A stretch of DNA of 64,000 bases from Styela clava (lineage: Eukaryota): positions 16,864,001-16,928,000 of the forward strand of contig NC_135256.1 in the NCBI RefSeq assembly GCF_964204865.1, read 5' to 3'. Below, in pieces: positions 1 to 14,073 of the stretch (position 1 is its first letter; the number at the start of each line of letters is the position of its first letter). The position numbers were made by a program, and so were the translations under genes. Below the pieces are notes generated by a model. That model saw only the letters and a list, made by a program, of their open reading frames with translations, was not told the DNA's origin and did not search any database.

Positions 1-258
1 CTGATTTACAGTGTAATACCATAAGTACTCTTCACATGAACCACAACCACAATTGTTAGTTATTGGCAATTGAATTTAACTATTGTAATGGAGATTGATG
101 AGTTGGGTGAACAGGCTATACGTTGTACAGCGAACAAATTCCTGGGATACTTGGATCCTTTTCTTTATATATGCAGGCTATTTTAGATGTATACGATTTC
201 TAATGCTTGTTTATGTTATTTTAATAGGATTTCATAACAGCGATTTTACTTTTTATAG

Positions 259-3200
259 GCAAGATGCGCTGATGGATTCCAATCATAATTTCAAGCAGGA
301 GAAGGACACGCTCGTTCAGGATTTGTCTCAGAAACTTTCGAGTACCGACATTTCGCGAAAAGGCGACGATCAGGTAGGCGATCGTAATGACCTTTTTTTT
401 CGTTTTTATTCTAAATAAGTAGTTTAACACAAACACTTGTTGGATTCCGACCTCTTGAAGCAACTCTGGAAACAGATTAGTAAAGAGATACTAGCATCTC
501 GAATAATGATGACGGGATCTAATGCATTGTTGAATACTCCGGATATTATGAGCCTTTATATCGTTTTTGTGGTTGATTCAATACAGTACTTCCTTTCTGT
601 GTGTGAGAGGCCATAATGGCATAACTCAAGTGCCTAATTTAAAAAATAATACGGACAACAAATTTCATCACAAGCCGTTTCATAGATAATGTGTAAACTG
701 ACTAATAGTTGTTACCTGCAGCCGTGTGTGTGATTTATTATACATTCGAGCTTTCTTATTTACATTTTTCTTTAAAATAAGGACAACTCACCACGTGATT
801 ATATCTTTTCGCCACGTCTTGGAACAGGAGACGAAGCCCCACAGGTTTAATGAAGTTGTTTTTGAACATGGTTTTGATCATGCATATACATCATTTATCA
901 TCTCGTAATGCAACCCGTTAGTTATTAGGTAAATTAAATTCACGATCCGTGTCCACCATATATACCTTCATAAAAGATTCAGATTAAAGCGATCGAGTAT
1001 GATATCATTCCGATTACCATTATGATTAAATAATTTACTTTTGTTGGCACACTTGTCACTGTCCCGTTATTGCTCACCACCAATTTCTTCGATTCTATTT
1101 ATTTAGGCTAGAATAAGTTGAGGTATTTGCGGCCTCTTTTCTATTTACCATAATATGTTGTCACACTTCCAATATAGTCTGAACTAATGATAAAGAATCC
1201 AAGAACACATATAAGAACAGCGGCGATAAGCGATAATAGAATGCGACCTCTTGTCATAATGTTATTGCTTATCTTCTATAACTGAACATTTTCCAATTAA
1301 TTATCTCATTTAACCCAAACTTCATTTAACTTGGCTTGTCTCGTGTGCTCACTTTTTCAACCCAGCACACTCTGTACGTTCGCCAGACAGGGTCACATTC
1401 ACCATAAATCTATTCACGTGGTTCATATCATTTTGAGAGGTACATTTTATTTCTTATCGTACTATTATTAATAAAACTTCAAAAAGATCAGAATAAAACA
1501 AAGTGCACAAATTGAATACATTTTGCACTACCCTTTCGCGTTTTTTGTTCAAATGCTTTTTCGTGGCCCATGAAAGTGGTTGGGACCTAAAATATATTCT
1601 TTCCCTAAAATTGTAATTGAATTTAGTATATTGACGGGTTTGAATTTGTTATATCCCTGAGCAAACGGCATATCCTATGTCGATATGTTTATATCTTATT
1701 TTAAATTGGACCGAATTATTGTCAAGCTGGCTTTGATACGTTGAGAGTATTAACTTTAGCCCCGGATTCCACGTTTGAAATAATTCGATATCGATTCTTG
1801 TTTCCAACTCCGTTATAAATTTGACCACGAAAACGCTGCATTATTAGTTTGTATTTTGAATTTATTAGTTACTTGAATACCTCTAGAGATTTGTTAAAAA
1901 TTTACTCTCATCCTTGAATTTGAAAAATCAGAAATTTTGGAAGCCCGAACCCGGCTTCGACACCAGCAAAAAAATAAATAAAACTCCAACTCTACCGCTG
2001 CATTTCCAGTAGCTGTGTACGCCTCCGTCACGCGTTGTTTTCGGGGAAAAGACGTCCAACACCAAATACTTTGGCCTTATCTACAAGCAATCATCTAATA
2101 TAGTGGATCTCACGCAAGTTTTAAAGAGCGTTTAATGTCTTGCTAATTCAAAGTTCGCTGCCAAGATCGAAGACATTTTAAATCTTAATATATGTCTCAG
2201 TTACATTTTCAATTCTAATTTGTTTCCTACCCATTTAATTTCAGGAATATCGTGTTTCCAATTTTGAACAAAGATTGATCAACGAAATCGAATATAGACT
2301 TGAAAGAACTCCACCTGTCAATGAAGATCCACAAGATGCTGTGTTTGAATCAGTACCACCACACGAACAGGTATGTACATCAAAATTCTTTTTCGGCATA
2401 TTCAATTCTCTAATTAATTTAAAAGATGGCCTAAAACTAGGTTAATAGTTATGAATAGCTATCTCACTTTTCAATAAACCTGTACACTACTATTACTATT
2501 TAGAAAATATTGAAAAATTGCATTTTCATGCTGAGTTAATGTTGGCGGTATCACAAAATACCCTCAACGCCACTGACCATTTTTTGTGTATATATCCATA
2601 CAATATTTTCATACACTCTATATTCATATGTGCATAAAAGACTATTGCCGAGCTGTTTAATTGCGTCGTGCTATGCGTGATTTTAATTTTAAAGGGTTCA
2701 ATTGAAAAGAATAATAATAACATTTTAAAATCTTGAAGAATATAGTTATGTGATTTTACAGGTTTCTAGGGTGTCGAATCAAAAATTTCCTCATGAGGAT
2801 TTCGACCTTAATCTGCCTCTGTACTGAGTTTTGATGTATTTTTTACTAAAATATAGTTTCATTTTATTATATTCATAATTTATAACAATTACTTTTTAAC
2901 AGAGAGCTCCCGCTTATAAAAATATTATTGGAAGTTATAAAATACTGGTTGGCGCTCCCATGAAATTTATGTGCAAAGTTGCAGGAAACCCAATGCCTAA
3001 GGTATGTTTGCATCTTCTTTTATAGACCTGTAGTTACATATGCGATACGTTTATGTGTAAAGCACTAAAATTTTCTGTTGTTCAATTTTAGGTTTACTGG
3101 TTCAAAGACGGAAAACAAATATCTAAACGATCCCAGCATTATCTGCAATCTAAAGATGAAGATGGCGTTTTCTCTCTTTACATCCCACGTACTTGTGTCG

Positions 3201-6200
3201 AAGATGATGGGAACTATACCGCCCTTGCGCTTAACCCCAGGGTATGTATATTAGATAGGGAAGCACGTGAACAACCCACTGATAATTCTAGGTTTCATTC
3301 GATTCTGTCGTTTAGCATCCCTAATATTGTTGTTTGTTGTTGTTAAAACAGTCCAAATATTATGCCATCAGATTTTATTTCTATTTTGCAATGTAGGATT
3401 TAAGATAAGCATTTAAGATCCAGTTTACCACAATTCAAATTATTGCTTAATTTCATATACAGGGTCGAGTCAGCTGCACAGGCAGACTTGCCATTCTTTC
3501 AAGCAGGACTCCAAGCGCATCTCAGCCTCTGCCTGAACGATCCCCAATGAGGTTACCTCTTTTTTAACATCATAACTTATTGAGTGCTTTTTCTTTGTAT
3601 ACTTTTTTATATTTTGGAATGCCATAACAACAGAGTTAAACGATGCATATCAGAATGTATAATAATCCCCGTCCGTTTTTATGATATGAACCTGAATTCG
3701 TGGTTTAGTTGACAATCTTCATTTTTTCAAAATAATTATTGGAAAGGACAATGTATTTAACCTGCTATATGTTACGCTATGCTCATCAAAAATTTCGCTC
3801 CGAACAGGACGTTGACAAACAAACAACCATTTGAACTCTTTGCAATTAGTCTGTTGATATTTCAGGATTCAAGAAAAAGGAACATTAGCTGACGACGAAG
3901 AGAGCCCAGTAGAAAAATATTTCAAGCCTGTATTTGTTCAAAAATCAGGAAATATTGAGGTCGATGAAGGAAAATTAGCAAGATTGGATATAAAGGTGAA
4001 ATTTCCTATTTTATATTCACTTAGTTTAGTCACCTGATGTACATTTACTCAAGCAGTTTACCAGGAATCACCACTTATCCACCTTGAGTCGTTTTACTTG
4101 GGGCTTATAATATTCGGTCTTGACTCATGAAGCTTTATTTTTCTCATCCATTCTTGAGTATTGATTTTGTGTTACGGTACTTTCATTATTACATCACTTC
4201 AGTCCGTTTCCCCCTTTTTTTAAAGAGAGTCACAAATTGTCGTGCAATAAACTGTCAGCTTGTGTGAGTGTACCCCTATTGGATGAATCAAGTACAAAAT
4301 ACTTTTAACTTAAAACACAAACCTTGTTTTTTTCAGGTGACTGGGCTCCCCCAACCAGATTTGACTTGGTTGATAAATGGTAATCCAGTAATACAAGACC
4401 CACATCATAAGATCTTAGTGCGAGAAAATAATGTTCACAGTCTCCTCATCCAACCGGTATCTACAATGGACGAAGGACAATATTCAGTAGTTGCTACTAA
4501 CAAGGCCGGTAGAGCTACTGTTCACATTCAGCTGCGAGTAAAGCGTAAGTATACAGTTCTGCTATGACTAGTGACAAGGCGAATTCCTGCGTCTATATAT
4601 TTTATCCTTTATATATTTTATCCGTTTTGTATATATATATATACTAATTCTGCACTTGTTACCATATCTGGAATATTGTACTTGCCATATTTTATCGTTG
4701 AATTTGAATGGATGCTCTTTTATTTGTCACTTGAGCATTCAAAAAGATTTAACATCAAAGTTTCTGAATGATATCGAAATATCAGGAGTTATGAAGAACG
4801 GACTGTTCCGCCATCAGATCTACAGCACCTAGACTTCACAAATATTGCCCATAGCACAGAATTGAGAGAGGTAATCGTTTTTCTAATGACTGATTAAAAT
4901 CTTACAGAACAAGAACAGATGACGGTACCCATATTTGTACAAAGATTAACACCACAAGTAGCCGCAGAAGGTGGATCTGTACGTCTCGAAGCAAGAGTGA
5001 TTGGGAAGCCATTGCCCACTATATGCTGGAAACGTGGATCGCAACAAGTAATGAATACCCCAAGAACTCAGTAAGTAGGACCACGTATTGCATTTCCCTG
5101 GTGACGACTAACTGAAGAAATGAATTTTTATTATATCGTTCTTGTTTATCTTTTTAACTTAGATTTGTATTAGTCAATATTCCAAATTACTTTTCATATA
5201 TTCCTAGTTTGAATCTTTCGGGCTTTTAGGCATGATTAAATAGCAGGAATCTATATTAGTCAATGAACCACGCAGCGATTTATATGCATTTTACTTGTAA
5301 TACATCATGTTCTCATCCATATATATATATATTTTTATTAGAATTTGCTTAAATCAAGATCACTCAATGTCAGTGTTCTGCAAACTTTTTTTATCACGAC
5401 AAACTTGGCACGGCCAAATTCTTTCTCGACCCCCAGAAACTAAAATAAAAATAAAGTAAAATTTCATAATATTTATAGCAAATATTAAAAAACAAATAAT
5501 AAAATTAACGATACCTTTAATAAGACCGATTTGCTTGCATATTCTCGCACAGAAGATCGAATCTTTTGGGATTTAAATTTACATATTTATCCCGGGGGAG
5601 ATGAAAGCCGATAAGACGGCTAAATCGTGTGGCGAATCACGGCCTTGCATTCGGTTACCAGACCATGTCGGGTATGACATGAGTTTGCCAGTTTTTCGTT
5701 TCAGATGCATGGACTTGATGGCTCTATATCAGTGATGGTGGGCCTCAGTACTGGTTCTAAATATTTCAAATTTGATCGTTAGGCTGTTTTAACATAAGTT
5801 GGTGTCGCAAATTCTTTTATGCGACTCTCGCACTGAGACCTTTCGCGACACACCGGGGGTCCGGATCTCCAGTTTGAAGATCCCTGCTTTATCTCACTCA
5901 GAAATAAAGTAGGCTGATCACTAAGCAAAGTTACATGCGATCACTGAGATGCCAAGATCTACTGAAACAATATATATGTATACATATGGTGACGCGGTAC
6001 GTGTCAAAATCTATGAGGTGGTGAATTTTACATAACACAAATTACTAAATGTAATGCTATTCTTTTAATTTTAGAATTTATCAAGATGACAGTGGTTACG
6101 TTTGTCTTCAAATTTCTGAGGCAACGAGACAAGATTCGGAATGGTATACATGCAGTGCTACCAACAAAGCTGGGATTGTTAGCTGCAACTGTAAACTAGA

Positions 6201-6891
6201 TGTTTATTGTAAGTTTTCTTACATTCCTAATTATTTATAACCTAGCAACCAAAACATTCAGAATCATGTTCTTAATCAGATTAGTTACAGCTCTGGACCT
6301 TTTCAAGTCTATTAGACAAGTAGTGGTTATCACAGTGGTATCGCAAAGAAAATATCTTTGGTTCTTGCAGCCCTATTAATAACAGGGATTGATTCATGTC
6401 CACCACGCGTGTACCCTCAAAGTTGAAGATAGAAGGAATTATGCGGAAGATTTCGCTTTTTTTCAAGTCTCATTTATAAGTGGCCGGACATTCATATTGT
6501 TAAACACCTTGCGAATGGAACCAATGCAAGTAATACTGCACACCATTGCAATAACAACAAACCAGATAATACCATTTATGCTTTTGTGAAATATACCTAC
6601 AAAGCCGTTGGGAAACCCTGTAAGACTCTTTGACTTGATATCAGTTTCCACCACTTACATATACCGGTATATGTTATTAAAGAAATTTTGATTTAAATAT
6701 TATATTGCATACTACTATCGTTGTTTTTAGCACCAACAATGGAGGCACCACATCAACGTCGTCGCATCAGGACTCCACACAGATACGCTAATCTTGCCAA
6801 GACAGCAGGAATTGATATGAGGGAAGCGATCAGCCCTGACGTACATGCCCTTTCCCCCGCCCATCATTTGCCAGAATCTGATGACCTTTAG
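259..6891 (+). CDS. PALLD: Palladin/myopalladin/myotilin-family Ig-domain actin-associated protein, 3' part (5' exons lie left of the window)
   Basis: GT-AG exons in consistent phase: 259-373, 2245-2370, 2903-3001, 3092-3241, 3463-3551, 3866-3995, 4337-4544, 4908-5070, 6075-6208, 6731-6891 (TAG). Translation has family hallmarks KDTLVQDLSQKL, EYRVSNFEQRLINEIEYRLERTP, three I-set Ig domains (VYWFKDGKQIS...DDGNYT; HKILVREN...HSLLI; WYTCSATNKAGIVSC) and C-terminal ESDDL. Probably a pro-orthologue of vertebrate PALLD/MYPN/MYOT. Confidence 0.9.
5371..5886. mobile_element. Degenerate hAT-like non-autonomous element (MITE) in a palladin intron
   Basis: Ends CAGTGTTCTGCAAACT ... AGTTTGAAGATCCCTG form imperfect TIRs with CAG..CTG termini; flanking 8-mers CTCAATGT/CTTTATCT match 5/8. 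Confidence 0.35.
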
Positions 6892-7614
6892 ATGTAATAT
6901 TTTGGATATTATGACGTCATCAGACTATTATCGTTTGCTGAAAATCGTCGTCGAAATGGATCATGTATTGATGTGAACAACATGACACCTAAGACCCCAA
7001 CTCTGTTTTATTTTTTGGTTATCTGTTCTTGCCTCGCTTGATTGAAAATTAACAGTTACGTTTGTGATGCCCCGCGAAATCAACAGTTTGCAAAGCAGGA
7101 TGGCGACCACGAATTACAACAGAAATTCTCTTGTCTTTGGGCGGTGTTAAATAATCTGGCATCTCATATCACGGTTTTCAAAATGCACTAAGCTTGCTTG
7201 CAGTATTAATTTCTTTATTATGAACATATTAAAAATACGAATCGTATATATTATTGACCATTATACCATTGTTTTTACCTTGTTCTATTTGCCCTACACT
7301 GATTTTTCATCAACGAATGCTTATTTTGTTTGATATCAGACAGTCACCAATGTTAGTATTTTATTTTCACGAACTACTCTTTCGAACAATTTTTGCTATA
7401 AATTTCTTTACTGTCGAATACTAAAAAATGCGTACTTATGTTTGCTCCGCCACGGTGTATTTGAAATGTGGTAAAGCAAAATATAATTATTCAATGTCTA
7501 GTCGAGTTTAGGTTAAATGCTTGTATTTTGAATGAAGCCTCTGCTATCGGCTATTTCTCCGTTTGTTAATCGGTATTTGAAATAGAAACGATAATTCAAC
7601 CTCGATGATTTGTA

Positions 7615-7620
7615 AATAAA
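7615..7620 (+). terminator. Candidate polyadenylation signal of the palladin-like gene
   Basis: AATAAA ~720 nt after the stop codon, followed by T-rich sequence. Confidence 0.4.
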
Positions 7621-9188
7621 TTGATGATGATCTCTATTTTTGTTATCTCGTATCAAGAGGGGGCGGGATTAGCGGCTTTGTGTATGTTATACATCGATCG
7701 TAAAAAATAAGACTATGAATCGATTTTTGATATTGCCACTCGAAAGTCTTGTTTAGGTAACTCATTGATGTAACTACGCTATAGAAAGCGTGTAAATGTG
7801 CGTTGCTAACGTATGTTGAATGCGAGGAAACCTTCACTACTGTAGCGAATATATTTAGTAAGTAGGTCCAGGTATATTCATTCGAAATTTAAAAAAGTAC
7901 GACAACGGAGCTCGTCAACCAAAAATAATTTAGAGACATATTCAACCAAACGAACCGACTTAATGGATTACATTGTCCGAAACTATTGGTCGCTTATAAA
8001 AGAGCTGGATACGTCACTCCAATCACCAGCACCATAGTTATATTCAGTTTAGGGAATTCAAGGGGTTAGAACGGCTTCTTTTAGAAAAACGTGTTGCTCA
8101 GTTCGATTGATATGAATAACACAGGGGTGAAAATTGATTTGTAGTATTGAAAGTACCAGCGACTCAGGTGTCGTGACTCAGCTTACGATGGAACTCATGC
8201 TTTGATAGTTTGCTTGGAACTCGCCTCCAGACTATTATGACCATTTAGCCTACCTGATTTACCATTTCGTTCAACGTGTTTGTTTTTATTGTCGTACTGG
8301 ATGCATATATAAAATTCATTTCGGTTCACTTGACGACTTTAGCTATAAAGTTAGGTAGGTAAAGTTAGTTAATGTCATCCTTATTTTTCTTAAACAATGA
8401 ATATATTACTGTTTTTGGTATCCAACTTGACAAATGAATTTCCTCAATTACTCATAATCACCAGTTACTTTCATGCACCTTTTTACAGTACGTTGGTGGA
8501 GAATTTTATGTAGGTGGTTTTGAAAACAATAACCAGATGTTGATATTTCCGTTCCTTATAAAGTATGGCCATATTCGAATCGCGTTTAAATGCGATTTGC
8601 GCATGGATTATATATGTATTCAAGAATAATGTTTGTTATTTTTTCCAAAAAATCCGCATCCGTAGTTGAGTCTTTTGCGATGTTGAATCTGTATTATTAT
8701 TAGTTCATTTCGTTGTGAAATATATTCTTAAGAATTATATGCAGATCAGATTGACAGGAATAACTAGAATAAATCCCTACGAAGTATAAAAATTTAAAAA
8801 TTACGCCACGTGAAGCATTTTAAATTGGTGTTGGACACGAGTTTAAATAGTTATGAAAACAGTAGGAACAAGCCAACAGTAGGAAAAATAAAAATTGATA
8901 TTAGTAGTTAACAGTTGAGGTTGCCTGAAACTAACTACCTTGCTATTGTCAAAAAAGGTGTATTAACAAAAGTATTTTTTTTATCGAGTATCTAAATGTC
9001 GTAACATTGCCTAATAAGAAGATCTATTTTTAATAATCGTACAAGGGATGGCTGTTTTCTAACATGTTCGACTAAAATCAGATTTGAAGCAGCAAAATAA
9101 TATTTATTCCAATTTTGTTTTTATTAATTCCTAATATAACAAATAAATAAAAGGGTATTTGAAGGTTGCTATTTTAAGGACTGTAGAT

Positions 9189-12100
9189 ATGCGTCGGTCT
9201 CATATCGCCTATTTCTTTATAGTCATTTGGATTGCACTCATCTTAAAGGGAGGTAAGACAAACATAGTCTTTATTTTCAATTTAGGAGAAAGTTTCTACG
9301 TTTTCTACGCAAAAGAACTGTAATTACTAATTTACGCTGACATCTTTCCATTGTATTGACCAATCGGCATTCCATTAGAATTTATCAAATATTCCAAGGT
9401 GAAAATAACTGATCGTCCATTAGAACTTACGTTTGATGTTAGCGTGTTAGGCATATGGACCTTTTCTCGGAACGGCAATTAAAATAGTTTTCAAAAGGGA
9501 TGTTCACTATTCAGTATTTTTTTTAGGATATTGTTACCTCGATGGTACCTGCAGTGGACCTGGAGGTACATGTAGTGGTGAACCTAATGCCGATACATGT
9601 TCTAATCAAACTCCAACTGAGTGCATTTGCAACATAAATTATCACCCTGACATACCTGCAACGGATTGTGAACGCAAAGAATGTTTCAGTGATAATCCTT
9701 CCATTGAATGTGGAGAAAAAAATACCGTTTGCGCCGTAAACAACAAATGTAGCTGCGTTGCAAATTATGTAGAATCCGTATCAGCATGTGTGCAAAGGTC
9801 ATGTCAAACCAATCAAAACTGCACGAGTTTCGACCCAAATTCATATTGTGAAGATAACTTATGTATTTGCAAAAAGAATTACGGCGGTTCCAACTCTACG
9901 GAATGTTTGAGAAATACGTGCTTAATGACTGAAGACTGTACGGAAAATTATTCGTACTGCAATGATATGAATTCTACAAAACAATGTCATTGTGGAAATT
10001 TGGCTGAGACTAACATAAGTACCGGTGCCTGCATGCCCAAGACGTGCACTGTCACGACTGCCTCCTTAATCTGTGGTGCCAATTCGTACTGTATGACTGG
10101 CTCTTCGATTTGTACATGTTCCGTCAATTACGAACCAGGGAAAACGTCATGCGTTCAAAAATCTTGTACAGAAGATGATATCTCAAAATGTAATTCAAAT
10201 TCGAAGTGCCAAAACGGACTGTGTGTATGTGGAGTTGGGTTTACTGCATTTGAGAATGAATGTAAGAATTTTTGTGTGGTATCAAATATGTTTTAATGAT
10301 TGTGACATTCAACTAATTCTGTAGATGCTAGAATCTAGAAAACATTTAGTTCGATAAATAGAATTTGAATAAAAAAAAACTTGTTCCCAGTCACGCCATT
10401 TTACGTATATTATGAAAAGGATATTTGAAAATATTGGAAACATATATAGCTACTATATAGCGTCGCTGTAAGTGAAAGGTCATGTTTGAAATTTCACGGC
10501 CTGCCGTAGCCAGGACCATGAAAGTTCTCTTCAGGAACCATACGGTTCTCTTCAGGATGTAAACCATTTTTAAACTGATGCACACAAATTTTATTTTTAT
10601 GTTTAATTATTGTAAAATGTGCGTAAAATATTTTGTGATATATTTAGGCGTCGATATTGATGAATGCGCAACAGGATCGCATGTATGCCATGCCTATAGC
10701 ATCTGCACGAACACCATTGGAAGTTTTACTTGCGAATGTATAACTGGCTACGTTGGCGACGGCAGAACATGTGAAGGTATGTGGTATTTTTAATATCAAA
10801 TTATTTGGTGTGAATCACATGAGACTTTTACGCGATTGTGCGTTTTCTTGATGAATCATCCATCATATCTTTAGGTCTGGTACTTTAAATTTTGGTTCGC
10901 TTAGTAAAATCTTACCGTTTTATCCCAAATTTTGTTCTGAGAACAATATTTTGTTAGTGTTAGGTTCATTTTTTAATATAATTGAAGTTCGCGTTTTTGA
11001 AAACTAATAAAACAGATGCGTGTGGTAAAATTACCAAACCTCAACAATGTTGCGAACAGATGTTTATTGGATGCTTCAATGTTACAGCTATCAACTGCGG
11101 TCATATTGATATTATATATGTCGTTGATACATCACATTCAAATGGAAAATACAACATTACGAAAATAAAGAACGCTGCATTGCCCATGGCTCTTCAGACT
11201 CCAAGGATTCTTGCATCAAGATTCCGCACAAATACCCGATATTACGCAATGGATTATTTTCAGCAAATGTTAGTTTATCTCGTTATTTGACCAATAATAC
11301 ACGTTGTGTCAACGTATAGCTGAAACACTGGTTTACATATATTAACCTTTTAGAATGTGACTTGATGAGGTGGGTTATAGGTGTACAATGCCAGTTAATA
11401 TATACAGGCTAAGGACTAAATTGTAGTGAACGTTACGAAGTCCCTTTTTAGAAAAGTATCAGAACATAATGCAAACGACAGAAAGTTCCCATAGCGTCAA
11501 TAGGCAATTCCGCGATATTTGAGCGGAATTTCGGCATCCAAGTTTCGGAATATTGACGTTCATCATTTATCACCGTGTGTATCCGAGATTTGACGTGATT
11601 CTGTTATATACCACTAGGCCTGTCTGGGTATCGATTTTAAAAATAATTAATGAACTAATCCAAGCTACAGCCATATTCAGATTCAAGTTGTAAATTTAGC
11701 TTACCTATCTATGTTTGCACATATCTTCACTAAGAACAAAAAAATAAATTCTACAATTGGAGGTGCAAAACATTTCGATCTCAATGTTTCCCCTGCCATA
11801 CCAAACGTGTATCTATAACTTCTCGTAAATTTGTGATTCAGGTTTAGTGATAACCTTAACCTTTCGTCGGGTGCTGGACGCAGCGCAGTCTGAAATATTG
11901 AATTAACCCCTCATTAAAACAACTTCAATGCCATAAACTTGTAGTCAAAGTAAAACGAAATTTATAATCGCCTGGAAAGCATTATGTCACTTAGCACATC
12001 CGGTCCATGGGTTCCACACCGCCCATTGACTTGTTATATTCACCAATGACGCAAGGTCTCAGTACTAAAACATGCTCTTTTTTGACCGGTCGTACCTTCG

Positions 12101-14073
12101 AACCTCACCAACCTCATCAGGAACAAGGTACGGGGAAATCACTGCTATACACTTGTTGCATTACCCTCAAACTAGTGATATTTTCCGAGTGGTTTCCACA
12201 ACACTGTCAAACGCACCTCTTCCCTTAGCTTGCAGTTGTTTTTCAGATTTGAGAGGGGCAACTTGAAGAACATTTATCCTGATTTTTCCTACATAGAGCA
12301 TACCTCGTTGTCTAATTTTATGGGTCAAATCAAAACCAGAAAAAAAATGTGCAAAAAACTTTTGAAGTTGTGTTTACTCGGCAGTGAAGAACGCAGCTTT
12401 AGGACGACATTTACAATATAATTACATAGTCCAGCTTTCCAGCTAAATTATAGAGTCAAACGTAACAGTCACCATTTTTTTTTCAGAACCCAGTCAATTC
12501 AAATGACAATTAAAAGCCCAACGGCTGTTGGAATCGGGGAATATTCTTCTTTTATATCACAATCTACTACTGGTGAAACACAAAATGGAAACATCATAGG
12601 AATTTATGAAGTCGAAGGCGTGAAAGCTTTATTGAAGGCTGCAGACTATCTCATAGTAGGAATAAAGAAAAGGATGTTAGAAGGCAAATGCTATTTGTTT
12701 ACTAATGCCAACGATTTTATTTTGCTTAATTTTCTAATTGGCGCGTTGACAAGAAATATTTTAATACTTCATCGTTTGTTCCGAACGTATCCAGCCGATG
12801 ATGTAAACATGGGTTGGTTAATAATTCATTCACAATCTGTAACAATCCAACAATAAGCACGTGATCAATAATGTATAAAAATAAGGGAAATTAGAATGCG
12901 CATAATAGGTTGAATGAATAATTTTTCATGTTAAATAAACCGACACGAATAACGTCTGCGTTTTTTCATATAGGAAATACAATATCGAGGGAAAAATCTC
13001 TTTGCCATCCAGATGCAACTTGTACTATAAATAAGGATATAATGAAATGTGATTGTAAATCTGGATTCATAGGAGATGGTTTTAACTGTACAGGTAATTT
13101 TGCAATATGACACAATGAAAATGCTTCTTACATATAAATATGTGTGTGTTTTATTCTCTTCTTCCATTGTATTGACGCCTTTTTCTTTTTATCAGAAAAT
13201 TTATGGGAATCGTGGGGAAAGTGGTCTTCGTGCTCCAGCTCCTGCAGTCCAGGTATTCAAGTGCGAGAGAAAATCCCTCTGAAGAATGTAACCTCACCCA
13301 CTAAATCTTTGAATGAGGTAAGATTATCTAGTTTATCAAACCTGATGTTACCCTGTAGGTACGGTACTGATTTTTTTATTTTAAACTGTTTTCACTTTTA
13401 GACAAAGCCATGCAACTTGGATCTATGCAATAAATACTCACCAGATAAACTATCCTGCATTGGCCAGGGAAGAATACCAGCGCCGTGCAAACTTAGAGCA
13501 ATTATTGAAAACAAAAGCAACACGAACTTTCTTCTAGGATCTACTGAAGGTCAGATATAGAGCACAAAGCATTACACTGTTGTAAATCTAAAATATATTC
13601 AAAAGTTAAGAAAATATAGCTTCAAAGTCGAGAGGTTTTGACAAGTGTTAATTGCATCATAAGAAAATCTTGTTTTCAACTTGCACAAATTTATTTTTGA
13701 AATATTTCGCCTGACAAAAATCTAATATCCGATTATAGGAGAAATAACTATTTGTGAGTACTGTTGAAAGTTATTACGATGGAATATTTAATTGAAGTTC
13801 ATTGTTCAGGATCACTAACGTACAGATAGATATACATCGAGGGAAATTCAAGTAGTTATTTGCTCATTGCTTCAAATGACAATTTGTCAGAATAAAAAGA
13901 ATATTTTTGAAAACATTTTATTTATTCACCTTCCTTAATTTTTAAAAAATCAATAACTCTTTCATTTTTCAGAAATATACGAATATCAGGATAAAAAAAT
14001 GAAAGTCATCAAATTCAAGTCTAAGGGAATGAATCTAAAATTTGTGAACATAGAGAAGAAAAGAGAAAATTGA
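9189..14073 (+). CDS. Secreted modular ECM-type protein: signal peptide, Cys-rich EB-like repeats, cbEGF, VWA-like domain, EGF, TSP1, short C-terminal domain
   Basis: Exons 9189-9252 (MRRSHIAYFFIVIWIALILKG), 9527-10261 (tandem six-Cys modules), 10648-10776 (DIDEC...CTNTIGSFTC), 11088-11268 (IDIIYVVDTSHS, DxSxS MIDAS), 12247-~12348, 12487-~12682 (TAVGIG), 12974-13093 (EGF), 13196-13317 (WESWGKWSSCSSSC), 13402-13549, 13973-14073 (TGA); AATAAA at 14151. Donors of the two middle VWA exons are weak (one needs GC-AG). Confidence 0.65.

Noticed and set aside
11990-12230. GC-richer intronic segment with GGTTCGAA (B-box-like) on the minus strand as a tRNA or SINE
   Set aside because: No cloverleaf, clear A box, tail or TSD could be identified by eye.
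13739-13855. Two small exon-like segments near the 3' end of the TSP1 gene
   Set aside because: Including them creates stops; 13549 splices in frame directly to 13973. Left unresolved without RNA data.
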